Shown in pieces: positions 1 through 8,858 of a stretch of DNA of 64,000 nucleotides. The DNA comes from Ignavibacteriaceae bacterium (GTDB lineage: Bacteria > Bacteroidota > Ignavibacteria > Ignavibacteriales > Ignavibacteriaceae): contig JABWCA010000002.1 of the NCBI GenBank assembly GCA_013359345.1, positions 740-64,739 on the forward strand, read 5' to 3'. The notes beneath the pieces are model-generated. The model was not told the DNA's origin. It saw only the letters and a list, made by a program, of their open reading frames with translations, and ran no database searches. A program made the translations under genes and the position numbers. Position 1 is the first letter of the stretch. The number at the start of each line of letters is the position of its first letter.

Positions 1-500
1 GAGGCCATCTCACCAAATGCAATACCGATTCTCCCGGCACCTATAATCCCGGCGGTTTTACCTTTGAGGCCTGTGCCAAGCATTAATGAAGGCATCCAGC
101 CCGTGAATTTTCCGGCTCTCATGAACTTGTCGCCCTCTGCTATTCTCCTGGCACATGCAAGCATCAGAGCAAGGGCTGTTTCGGCGGTGGCTTCTGTCAG
201 AATACCCGGGGTGTTTGTTACCACAATGTTTTTTGAGTAAGCATAATCAACATCTATGTTGTTGTAACCCACAGCGTAATTAGCTATTATCCGGCAGTTT
301 TTAAGGGAATCTATCACCTCACGGTCTATTTTATCGGCAAGAAGGGTTATAATTCCGTCACACTCGCGGGCGTTTGATATAATCTCTTCCTTTATGAGAA
401 GGCGTTCTTCTGTATTGAAGCTGAGATTATATCCGGCAGATTTAAAGATCTCTTCAAAGCTGCCGTGAAGGCGGGCAGTTGAATATATATTTTTACTCAA
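1..500 (-). CDS. D-isomer 2-hydroxyacid dehydrogenase (glyoxylate reductase/D-glycerate dehydrogenase-like), 3' end outside window
   Basis: Hand translation of the minus strand from TTG at 500: ...VVTNTPGILTEATAETALALMLACARRI...LKGKTAGIIGAGRIG (NTPG motif plus GxGxxG). Not in the ORF track because it runs off the window. Confidence 0.85.
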   Translation of the reverse strand, partial: MSKNIYSTARLHGSFEEIFKSAGYNLSFNTEERLLIKEEIISNARECDGIITLLADKIDREVIDSLKNCRIIANYAVGYNNIDVDYAYSKNIVVTNTPGILTEATAETALALMLACARRIAEGDKFMRAGKFTGWMPSLMLGTGLKGKTAGIIGAGRIGIAFGEMA

Positions 501-569
501 TTTAAAACTCTTTATCTTATCTGACATCTAATTGAAAATATTAACAAAGTAAATATAGGAATCAAGTAA

Positions 570-1070
570 ATGAGAATTTACCGCGTGCTTATACTGAGCC
601 TGATTTTATTACCCCTGTTTGCTGCCCGGGCTCAGCAGGTTTCAATTGAAACTCCCGATGCAAAAGTTCTTTCGGTCACCGGCGGGGAAGTATCCCTTTC
701 GGATTTTAAAGATAAGATAACGCTTTATGATTTCTGGGCAACCTGGTGTCCCCCGTGCCGTGAATCAATACCCCATCTCGTTTCACTGCATCAGGAATAT
801 AAAGATAAAATCAATATTGTTGGCATCTCACTTGACAGCGAGGATACCGCAGGACAGATTCCCGGATTTATAAAAAGATACAATATGGAGTATCATCAGC
901 TTCTGGGAGATTTTAAACTTACCGAGAAGTTCGGGGGCGTGAAGGCAATTCCCACCATGTTTATTGCTGATAAAACCGGAAAGATTATTTACAAGCACGT
1001 TGGTTTTTCAAACAAGGAGGATCTGCTTAAACTTCTGAGGAAACTTTTTCCGGATGAGTTTGAGGGATAA
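570..1070 (+). CDS. TlpA/ResA-like thiol-disulfide oxidoreductase, exported
   Basis: Signal peptide, DFWATWCPPC motif, cis-Pro 'AIPT' loop. Confidence 0.9.
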   Translation: MRIYRVLILSLILLPLFAARAQQVSIETPDAKVLSVTGGEVSLSDFKDKITLYDFWATWCPPCRESIPHLVSLHQEYKDKINIVGISLDSEDTAGQIPGFIKRYNMEYHQLLGDFKLTEKFGGVKAIPTMFIADKTGKIIYKHVGFSNKEDLLKLLRKLFPDEFEG

Positions 1071-1072
1071 AA

Positions 1073-1642
1073 TCAGGTAAGCGTGGTTCTTTTCAGGCTG
1101 AAAATGTTTCTTCCGTCCTGATTTGAAACAAAAGAGACATCGGAACACAGGTTTGTGATTATCAGCAGACCAAAGTGTTCCGGTATCTCATAATCTTTTT
1201 CGGGGGCTCTTTTTCTTTTCACAAATTCAAGACTCTTCTCATCTTTTACCCTGCATGCCACTTCATAATCCATATCAGAGTGAACCATGAACTCGGTTCC
1301 GTGAATTTTTTTCGGATACGGAGGCAGATATTGCGTTTTGTTCGCCTTGTTTTTAAGGTCAACCGGCTTTACAATAAACCCCGGCCCGTGAGTTATCATC
1401 TGGATATCAATGTAAGAATCTTCGAAAGAAAAATTAAAAGTGACAGAATCACTGCCTGAATGGTTAATGGCATTTGTGTAAAGTTCGTGAATAAGTATTT
1501 TGGAGTCTGAAATATACTTAAAGCCGCTCTCACGGTCACGAAGCAAGACTTTTGATTTTATTAACTGAATGAATGCTTCAGTAATAAACTGGAGATAAGA
1601 GTGGGATGCAGGCAGTGTCACTGTCACAAAGTCGCTGTTCAT
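1073..1642 (-). CDS. RsbW/SpoIIAB-like anti-sigma factor (HATPase_c fold), divergent
   Basis: N-box ELYTNAINH; directly downstream of a STAS gene. Start moved to ATG 1642 (MNSDFVTVTLPAS) to avoid overlap. Confidence 0.65.
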   Translation of the reverse strand: MNSDFVTVTLPASHSYLQFITEAFIQLIKSKVLLRDRESGFKYISDSKILIHELYTNAINHSGSDSVTFNFSFEDSYIDIQMITHGPGFIVKPVDLKNKANKTQYLPPYPKKIHGTEFMVHSDMDYEVACRVKDEKSLEFVKRKRAPEKDYEIPEHFGLLIITNLCSDVSFVSNQDGRNIFSLKRTTLT

Positions 1643-1646
1643 ATTT

Positions 1647-1985
1647 TCAGCCGGCCGCCAGTGCTTCACTCTTGTCTTTAAATATCTTGAAAATGTTATA
1701 AAGTCTGGTGGACTCAAAAACAGATTCAACCATGGGGTGAAGCCCGAAAACCCTGAGTTCTCCGTTTATCTGTTTTGTTTCTTTATACAATCCTACCATT
1801 GACCCGATAAAGGAACTGTCTATATAGTCAACAACCGAAAAATCAACCAGAAGAAGTTTTGGCTGCTCTTTATCAAGTAATTCCTTAACGGACTCACGGA
1901 ATTCGGACGATATAACCGCCGTTGCTTTGGAATTCAGTATCTTTATTATCTGAATGCCGTTTTCTTTATGTATTTTGAAGTTCAT
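1647..1985 (-). CDS. STAS-domain anti-sigma factor antagonist (RsbV/SpoIIAA-like)
   Basis: 112 aa; VDFSVVDYIDSS phosphoacceptor motif; 'VFESTRLYNIFKIF' C-terminus. Confidence 0.9.
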   Translation of the reverse strand: MNFKIHKENGIQIIKILNSKATAVISSEFRESVKELLDKEQPKLLLVDFSVVDYIDSSFIGSMVGLYKETKQINGELRVFGLHPMVESVFESTRLYNIFKIFKDKSEALAAG

Positions 1986-2089
1986 ATAGCTCTTGTTTGT
2001 TTTGTCACTCGATGATAAGGTGCAAATTAATTAATTTAGCCGTAAAGAAAAAAGATAATTCAGCACTAAAATTTTTAATTTCCAAATAT

Positions 2090-3241
2090 ATGTTAATAAG
2101 AAATAAGACAATTATTGTTGCCGACGAAAACATTGAGATGCTTCATGAGGCTTTTTCCGGTTTTGGTGAGATTATTGCAATGCCGGGAAGAGAGATCACC
2201 CCCGAAATAATCAGAGATGCTGATGTTCTTCTGATAAGATCGGTCACAAAAGCCGACGCCGCACTTCTAGAGGGGAGCAGCGTAAAGTTTATTGGCACGG
2301 CAACCATAGGCACAGATCACGTTGATACTGAGTATCTCGCAAAAAAAGGAATTGTTTTCACGGATGCCAAAGGGTGCAATGCCGATGCTGTTGCGCAGTA
2401 TTTCATTACACTCTACTCAAAATATATAGTCGAAAATGACAGACCCTCAGACCTCATTACCGGAATTATAGGTGCCGGCAATATCGGCAGCAGAATAAAA
2501 AATTTTCTTGAGGTTTTTGACAAAAAGTATATTCTTAATGATCCGCCCCTTATGGAAGCGGGAACAACTGATTTTAAGTTCAGTTCACTTAAGGATGCCC
2601 TCTCAGCTGATATAGTTACATTTCACACACCGCTGGTCACCTCAGGCGCGCATCCCACGCTCCGTCTCCTGAATGAACACAATATAAAGTACCTGAAAAC
2701 CGGTTCATACATCATCAACAGCTCACGCGGCGAGGTTGCTGAAAACAAGGCGCTGCTTGATGCCATTACCATTTTTGATTCAGTGATTTCTGCTGATGTA
2801 TGGGAGGGTGAACCTGATATTAATATACCGCTGCTGGGAAAAAGCTTTACTGCAACCCCCCATGTGGCGGGTTATTCGCTTGAAGGAAAAATTAACGGAA
2901 CCCGGATTCTTCATGAGAAGCTCGCACGTTTCCTCAAAACCGATCCATATTTTACCCCGAGACTCCCGAAAGTTGAAAATCATCTTATCGAAATAAATTC
3001 AACGCTCCCCACTGAGGAGATTCTTTACAGGATAACCAGGCATATCTATGATATTGATGCCGATACGGCAAAAATGAAAAAACTGAAGTTTCTTGCAAAA
3101 GAAAAAAGGGCGGGTTATTTTGATGATCTCAGAAAAAATTACAGCCTGCGGCGGGAGTTTTCAAATTACAATATCAAACTGACCCCGTACAACAGTTCTC
3201 TTACCGACCGGCTGAGGGCTCTCGGGTTTAAGGTATACTGA
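2090..3241 (+). CDS. pdxB: 4-phosphoerythronate dehydrogenase
   Basis: ADENI start, RSVT, GTATIGTDH, GCNA, HTPL, DVWEGEP, TPHVAGYSLEGK, FDDLRKNY..RRE; probable ATG at 2090. Confidence 0.88.
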   Translation: MLIRNKTIIVADENIEMLHEAFSGFGEIIAMPGREITPEIIRDADVLLIRSVTKADAALLEGSSVKFIGTATIGTDHVDTEYLAKKGIVFTDAKGCNADAVAQYFITLYSKYIVENDRPSDLITGIIGAGNIGSRIKNFLEVFDKKYILNDPPLMEAGTTDFKFSSLKDALSADIVTFHTPLVTSGAHPTLRLLNEHNIKYLKTGSYIINSSRGEVAENKALLDAITIFDSVISADVWEGEPDINIPLLGKSFTATPHVAGYSLEGKINGTRILHEKLARFLKTDPYFTPRLPKVENHLIEINSTLPTEEILYRITRHIYDIDADTAKMKKLKFLAKEKRAGYFDDLRKNYSLRREFSNYNIKLTPYNSSLTDRLRALGFKVY

Positions 3242-4061
3242 AAACCACATCAAAGACGAGCTGAGAGTTTACCGGCACTCCCGCAAGTATCGCAGGGGTG
3301 AATCTGGTATATTTTACCGTCATGAGTGCTATTTCATCACACCCGTAGCCAATTCCCTCTATAAGCTCAGTGTTTGTGACAATTCCTTTTTTATCCACAA
3401 AAACCTTAATCTTTACAGTTCCCTGTATATCTTCATCGAGCGCATTTTTTGGGTAAACAATTCTTGAATAAAACTCCTCCATGCCATCTCTCGGCACGGC
3501 CGCGCTGTCAACAGTGGTGTAATATGCGGGATCATCTTCAAGCGGAACCTGTTTCTTCGTCACAACAGGCGGAACGGGCTTTGTGTCATGCACTGGGTTC
3601 CAGCTGTCGGGCTTTTCCTCGGCGGGCTTTGTATCCTCAATTTTTTTGGTTATATCGGTGATCCCAGGGTCAGATTTCTGATTAAACACATCCTCGAGTG
3701 CATTTTTATAAACCTGTGCGCCATCCTGGAAAATGACAGATTCTATATATACTCCTGCGGTGTCAAAGTAATCGGTGGGTCCGTTTCTTCTGCCGTTTTC
3801 AATCACAAACATTTCGGTGAGTTTGCCTGCTTCACTGTAAATTCTCACCGCACCCTCAATTCTTCCGGCATAATAGGTAACTTCTTTTTTAAGGGTTCCG
3901 CCGGGGTAATAAAATTGTGCAAGACCCTCTCTGAGGTCGTTATAATATGGTATTGCAGATTCTATCTGACCGTTATCAAAATATGTTTTAATCGTGTCAG
4001 TGTATGAAAATGCCTGAGCGGCAAGCACTGCAAAAAGAAGTATCGTTTTTATGCGTATCAT
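3228..4061 (-). CDS. TonB-family protein with N-terminal MORN-variant repeats
   Basis: Signal peptide, YxxGxxxG-type repeats, Pro/Lys linker, C-terminal YPKNA...QGTVKIKVFVDKKG TonB_C domain. Confidence 0.8.
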   Translation of the reverse strand: MIRIKTILLFAVLAAQAFSYTDTIKTYFDNGQIESAIPYYNDLREGLAQFYYPGGTLKKEVTYYAGRIEGAVRIYSEAGKLTEMFVIENGRRNGPTDYFDTAGVYIESVIFQDGAQVYKNALEDVFNQKSDPGITDITKKIEDTKPAEEKPDSWNPVHDTKPVPPVVTKKQVPLEDDPAYYTTVDSAAVPRDGMEEFYSRIVYPKNALDEDIQGTVKIKVFVDKKGIVTNTELIEGIGYGCDEIALMTVKYTRFTPAILAGVPVNSQLVFDVVFSIP

Positions 4062-4073
4062 CCGTAAAATTTA

Positions 4074-4973
4074 TTAGCCGTATCGTTTGGGTCGTCTGTT
4101 AGGGGCCTTTTTACATTCATCTGAGCAGCTGTAATCATATTTCACTTTGCATTCATGGCAGCAGACTATAATTTTATCACAATCAAGGTTATGGCAATTG
4201 ATGTGATAAGCTGTGGGAGTGCCGCAGTGAATGCATTTAGCGGTGTATCTCAGGTCTTCACGGGTATTTGCTTCAACAACTCTTCTTTCATCAAAAACAA
4301 ACATTCCGCCTTCCCAGACGGTATCGGGACACTCCTTAAGAAATGTCACTATTCCGCCGTCAAGCTGATATACATCCCTGAAACCCTGCTCAACCATATA
4401 AGCAGATGCTTTTTCGCATCTGATTCCGCCCGTACAATATGTTATGACTGTTTTATCTTTATATTGTTCCAGATTTTTAACAACCTCAGGCCATTCCCTG
4501 AAATTTGTAATTTCGGGAAGCAGAGCATTTTTAAAATGACCTATCCTGCTTTCATAGTTGTTTCTGGTATCAACTATGATAAAATCACGCCCCTCCGAAT
4601 AAAAACCGACCAGATCTTTTGGCTTGAGTCTTTTGCCTCCGTTTTTCGGAGTAAGCCCGGGAACGCCAAGATTGACAAGCTCATTTTTTATTCTTACAAA
4701 CAATTTGCTGTATGCAACAAAACCGGTGGTGTCTTCCTTAAAAATCACATCCCTGAAAAAGATTATTGATCTGATGTAATTTTTAAAATTATCAACCGCT
4801 TCTGCGGAACCTGATACCGATGCATTTATACCTTCGGATGCAACATAAATTTTACCTTTAAGTCCGTAAGAACCGCAGTAATTAAGGAGTTCTGACTGAA
4901 GCAGCAGGGTATCGTCTATATCGACGTATTTATAAAACGTCACTAATTTGTATTGTACGGAGTCCTGATTCAT
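4074..4973 (-). CDS. trhO: Rhodanese-domain tRNA uridine(34) hydroxylase (YceA/TrhO family)
   Basis: FYKY, EGIN, DTRNNYE, YCTGGIRCEKAS, LDGGI, FVFDER and Cys-rich C-terminus. Confidence 0.88.
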   Translation of the reverse strand: MNQDSVQYKLVTFYKYVDIDDTLLLQSELLNYCGSYGLKGKIYVASEGINASVSGSAEAVDNFKNYIRSIIFFRDVIFKEDTTGFVAYSKLFVRIKNELVNLGVPGLTPKNGGKRLKPKDLVGFYSEGRDFIIVDTRNNYESRIGHFKNALLPEITNFREWPEVVKNLEQYKDKTVITYCTGGIRCEKASAYMVEQGFRDVYQLDGGIVTFLKECPDTVWEGGMFVFDERRVVEANTREDLRYTAKCIHCGTPTAYHINCHNLDCDKIIVCCHECKVKYDYSCSDECKKAPNRRPKRYG

Positions 4974-5020
4974 TGAAGTTTAAGGGGGTTTTCAGAATTG
5001 AAATTAAAAGAGTTATGGTT

Positions 5021-5041
5021 CCCCGCACAAAAAGTGCGGGG
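5021..5041 (-). terminator. GC-rich hairpin 3' of thx (possible terminator or stabiliser)
   Basis: CCCCGCAC-AAAAA-GTGCGGGG; no immediate U-tract. Confidence 0.4.
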
Positions 5042-5052
5042 CACTCATAAAC

Positions 5053-5178
5053 TTATTTTGTCTCAGCAGCTTTCTGCTGTTTTTTTAACCCTCTTTTTTT
5101 CTGCATAGAGGGGCGGCTGTTGCCGTTTGAGGCTCTGAAAATTTTACCGCGTTTTGTTCTGCGATCACCTTTGCCCAT
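5053..5178 (-). CDS. thx: 30S ribosomal protein bTHX (41 aa)
   Basis: Hand translation MGKGDRRTKRGKIFRASNGNSRPSMQKKRGLKKQQKAAETK*; MGKGDxxTxRGKI signature; upstream AAAGGT RBS; too short for the ORF track. Confidence 0.9.
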   Translation of the reverse strand: MGKGDRRTKRGKIFRASNGNSRPSMQKKRGLKKQQKAAETK

Positions 5179-5269
5179 GGTTTACCTTTCTCTTTAAAAA
5201 ATGACTCCAAAGTTACGATTTTATAAGAACTTATTCAAGATCTTATAACAATATTTTATTAAAACAGAT

Positions 5270-6631
5270 TCATGAATTCATTGCAATGTACAATGAAGTG
5301 TCAAATTTTCTTTTGCAGCCGTTGTAATTCATATATCTTATTTTTCCGTACACCGGCCTTTCGGTCCAGGCTCTGTCGTGTATTCCCCCGATTGACCACG
5401 CCACTCCCGTGTATCCGTTGGGATCACGTCCGTCAAGCTCGTATTTGTCATTCAGATAAACAGCAATTCTCAGGGCCTCTTCAGGACTTTCGCTCCATTC
5501 AAGTATCTTTTTAGCCCAGTACATTCTCATGAAGCCGTGCATTTTACCTTTTTTAATCATTTCTTTTTGAGCGGCGTTCCAGAGGTCTTCGTGGGTTTCT
5601 CCCTTCTCAAACTGCGCTTCATTATAGATATAATCCCGCTTATCATCACGGTGATCATTCAGAGTCTTTTTAGCCCAGTCTTTAAATCCGTCAAAAAGGT
5701 CATATTTTTTATTAAAGTAGCAGTAATTATCAGCCAGCTCTCTTCTTACAATAAGTTCCTCCAGAAAAGCCTGCTTTGATTCTGATTCGGGAGCGCGGGT
5801 GAATGCCTCCCACGCTGCCCGCTGGGGTGATAACTGCCCGAAGTGAAAATAGGGTGAAAGATCTGACTGCCCCTTAAGCGTGGGGTCATTTCTCTCCTCT
5901 GAGTATCCTCTGAGTTTTTTTGAAATAAAAAGCTCGAGATTATTTTTCCCCTCTGCGCTTCCCGGTTTAAGCCATTTTACAGGCTTAACTTCTTTATCTG
6001 TATTGAGTGATGCAAGTATCTCTGTATAGTTATTGGCCTGTTTAATTCCGTGATTATTCAAAGCATAAGGCTCGGGTGCCGGTATATCAGTGAGGAACTC
6101 CCCCAGCTTTCTTGTTATTTTGGGCCTTATTGTGTACGCTCCGAACTCCTCCTTGTCGGTGACATGGAGAGCGGGGACCACATTGTGTGAATCAACTTCC
6201 CAGAATCGCGCTTTGGTATCCCTTGCAAAATCCCTTTTCCAGACCCTTTTTATCTTAAGCGGATCAAAATCTGAAACAACATCAGCCGCACCGGTTTCCC
6301 TGACAAACTCAGCCATTTCCTGCGGCGGATTTCCTTTCAGAACCACAAAAGGTATGTTCAGGGCTTCAAGATTTTTTTCGGTTTCTGCAAGCCCGCCGAA
6401 CATAAAATCATACTGTCTTAATGTTGCCCCGAGGAAATCACCGGCAAGGGTGAAAACCGCAATGAGAGGTTTCTGATTCTGCAGCGCAAGATTAAGTGAA
6501 AAAAGAAGGCCCCAGTTATCTTCGGCGCGTTGTTCACGGCTCATCCAGTATATTACGGGACCTGCAGCGGAACCGCTGCCATCCTGCAGGAGTCTGTATC
6601 GTGCCGGGTTTATTGTGTATTTTTCTGACAT
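5270..6631 (-). CDS. phr: Class II CPD deoxyribodipyrimidine photolyase
   Basis: YWMSREQRAEDNW, SDLSPYFHFGQLS, MHGFMRMYWAKKILEW, LDGRDPNGY. Confidence 0.92.
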   Translation of the reverse strand: MSEKYTINPARYRLLQDGSGSAAGPVIYWMSREQRAEDNWGLLFSLNLALQNQKPLIAVFTLAGDFLGATLRQYDFMFGGLAETEKNLEALNIPFVVLKGNPPQEMAEFVRETGAADVVSDFDPLKIKRVWKRDFARDTKARFWEVDSHNVVPALHVTDKEEFGAYTIRPKITRKLGEFLTDIPAPEPYALNNHGIKQANNYTEILASLNTDKEVKPVKWLKPGSAEGKNNLELFISKKLRGYSEERNDPTLKGQSDLSPYFHFGQLSPQRAAWEAFTRAPESESKQAFLEELIVRRELADNYCYFNKKYDLFDGFKDWAKKTLNDHRDDKRDYIYNEAQFEKGETHEDLWNAAQKEMIKKGKMHGFMRMYWAKKILEWSESPEEALRIAVYLNDKYELDGRDPNGYTGVAWSIGGIHDRAWTERPVYGKIRYMNYNGCKRKFDTSLYIAMNS

Positions 6632-6770
6632 ATTGATGATCCGTTATAAAAATTCAAAGGCAAAATAATAAAACTGCAGCGCAATAATTCAGAACAAAGG
6701 GTTAAAATCAGATTTTTTTTTCGTAAATTTTGCTCCCCAAAAAATTAATGTCAGGTTCAGATAATTTAAT

Positions 6771-6801
6771 TTGACTCAATAATAACCTCTTCTTAACTTT
6801 G
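6771..6801 (+). promoter_or_regulatory. Probable dnaA promoter
   Basis: TTGACT (6771-6776), 17 bp, TAACTT(TG) (6794-6801). Confidence 0.55.
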
Positions 6802-6825
6802 ACATAAGAACACGGGTGTAAAATT

Positions 6826-7058
6826 TGTGGATAACTTGTGGATATTTTCCCCGCGTGAAAATGTTTCACGATACAGAAGCAGGAATAAACGTCGTTATTT
6901 GCGATTAAACCCTGCCACATATAAGTTTATAATTCATAACTCATTATATTATAATAAGTTAAACCCTCTTAATTAATTAACATTTTTTTAACACATATAA
7001 TAAAGTTCTGAATATTCTGATTTTAATAATTTAATTAAACAGTTCAGGTTGTGGATAA
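6826..7058. promoter_or_regulatory. DnaA boxes upstream of dnaA (autoregulation / left part of oriC)
   Basis: TGTGGATAA 6826-6834, TGTGGATAT 6837-6845, TGTGGATAA 7050-7058 (reverse complement TTATCCACA), with AT-rich DNA between. Confidence 0.85.
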
Positions 7059-7061
7059 CTT

Positions 7062-8465
7062 ATGACACATGAGTCTCTTTTTACACAGGAGAACATACAT
7101 AAAGCAGCAGTTGCATGGAAAGAATGTCTTTCCATAATTAAGCCGGAGGTTCCCGAAGGAACGTTTAACTCCTGGTTCAGACCCATTAAAGCTATTGATG
7201 TAAATGACTTAACCCTCAAGATACAGGTGCCCAACAGTTTTTTCTGGGAGTGGATTGAAGGCAGGTACAGCAAACTCCTTCATAAGGCTGTAAAAAATGT
7301 GCTTGGTCACGAAGCGAGGCTTGATTACGTTATTCTTGAGGAAAAGGATTCACCGGCTCCTTATGTTGAATCTGCCCCCAAAAGCAGCAGAATCACGATT
7401 TCAGAGGAGCCTTCAAAAGCCAGCGATTATTCTGAGAGCAACCTTAAACCTAACTATACGTTTGAAAACTTTATCAAGGGCGAGGGCAATCAGCTGGCAA
7501 CTGCCGCAGCTATGGCCATCAGTGAAAATCCGGGGGGCACTCCTTTTAATCCCCTTTTTGTTTACGGCGGCGTTGGTCTTGGGAAAACACACCTGATCCA
7601 GGCTGCGGGAAACTCAATCTACGGAAACTTTCCCGAAAAAAAGATTAAATATATCTCAACCGAGCAGTTCACGATTGATTTTGTTGATGCTATCAAAAAG
7701 AATATGCATAATGAGTTTTCAAATGTGTACAAGAATTATGACGTCCTGATTCTTGATGACATTCAGCACCTTATCGGGAAAGAAAAAACACAGGATCTCT
7801 TTTTCCACATATTCAATATTTTTCATCAGAACAAAAAACAGATCATCATTTCAAGCGACAAACCGCCGAAGGACCTTAAAGGTCTGAACGACCGGCTTAT
7901 TTCGAGGTTTAACTGGGGACTCACTGTTGATATTCAGCCCCCCGATCTTGAAACAAGAATAGCCATACTCAGCAAAAAAGCCGAATCGTTCGGGATCATG
8001 CTCTCAAATGACATGGTTGAGTATATAGCAAACCATATCACATCAAATATCCGTGAGCTTGAGGGCTGTCTTATAAAGATTCTGGCGAATGTCTCTCTTA
8101 AATCAGCCGATATCAGCCTTGAACAGGTAAAAAGAGCCGTCAAGGAGGTCTCAACAGCAAAAAGAGTTAACATCTCCATTGATGTCATAACCAGAACGGT
8201 GGCCGAGTTTTTCACAATTGACGAAAAGAAAATTCGGGATAAGACCAGACGGCAGGAAATTGTTCATGCGCGGCAGGTGGCCATGTATCTTTCAAGAACC
8301 ATGACAAAATCAGGCCTGAAAAACATCGGCCTGCACTTTGGGGGCAGAGATCACTCAACCGTTATTCATGCGTGCGAGTCGGTTGAAAAGATGCTTACCG
8401 ATGATCCTTCATTCAAAGACACCCTCAATGACCTTAAAATAAAGATAGAACTGGCCTGTTCATAA
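7062..8465 (+). CDS. dnaA: Chromosomal replication initiator DnaA
   Basis: YTFENF, NPLFVYGGVGLGKTHL, DDIQ, SNIRELEG, FGGRDHSTVIHA. Confidence 0.99.
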   Translation: MTHESLFTQENIHKAAVAWKECLSIIKPEVPEGTFNSWFRPIKAIDVNDLTLKIQVPNSFFWEWIEGRYSKLLHKAVKNVLGHEARLDYVILEEKDSPAPYVESAPKSSRITISEEPSKASDYSESNLKPNYTFENFIKGEGNQLATAAAMAISENPGGTPFNPLFVYGGVGLGKTHLIQAAGNSIYGNFPEKKIKYISTEQFTIDFVDAIKKNMHNEFSNVYKNYDVLILDDIQHLIGKEKTQDLFFHIFNIFHQNKKQIIISSDKPPKDLKGLNDRLISRFNWGLTVDIQPPDLETRIAILSKKAESFGIMLSNDMVEYIANHITSNIRELEGCLIKILANVSLKSADISLEQVKRAVKEVSTAKRVNISIDVITRTVAEFFTIDEKKIRDKTRRQEIVHARQVAMYLSRTMTKSGLKNIGLHFGGRDHSTVIHACESVEKMLTDDPSFKDTLNDLKIKIELACS

Positions 8466-8858
8466 AATGTTGATAACTTAAAAAACAGGTGTTGGTAAAG
8501 TTGTGGATAACTTAACACTTATCCACAATGTGAATAAACTGATTTTCTGAGCCGGGTTTTCCACCCGGCTTTTTTGTTTTTTGCACCCGTAAAGCCATGC
8601 GTTTCTGTGGTTTGCGGGATTATCAACATATCCACACGCTACCAACATAATAATATTTTAAATTTTTTAAAAGAATATTAATAGATAATATGAGAGGAAG
8701 TGTGGATAACTCAGGGTTTTCAGTAAAGCTGTGTATTTACATCCGGTTATTATCCTTTTTAATGTGTGATATCAGAGAGTTAAGCTCATCTGTTTGCAAT
8801 CGGTTATTGAACATCTCTTAATTTTTTCGTAAATTACGCAATTGCATTCGGAGGAAAA
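8466..8858. other. oriC: oriC (dnaA-dnaN intergenic) with DnaA-box cluster and AT-rich unwinding region
   Basis: Perfect or 1-mismatch boxes at 8468-8476, 8502-8510, 8519-8527, 8529-8537, 8620-8628, 8628-8636 and 8701-8709; AT-rich tract about 8647-8691. Confidence 0.9.
8550..8582 (+). terminator. Intrinsic terminator after dnaA
   Basis: AGCCGGGT-TTTCC-ACCCGGCT followed by TTTTTGTTTTTT. Confidence 0.75.

Noticed and set aside
3391..3399. Perfect DnaA box inside the TonB gene
   Set aside because: Isolated and explained by the FVDK codons.
6708..6920. 70-aa minus-strand ORF upstream of dnaA
   Set aside because: It overlaps the dnaA promoter and DnaA boxes, has no recognisable motif and is not rpmH.
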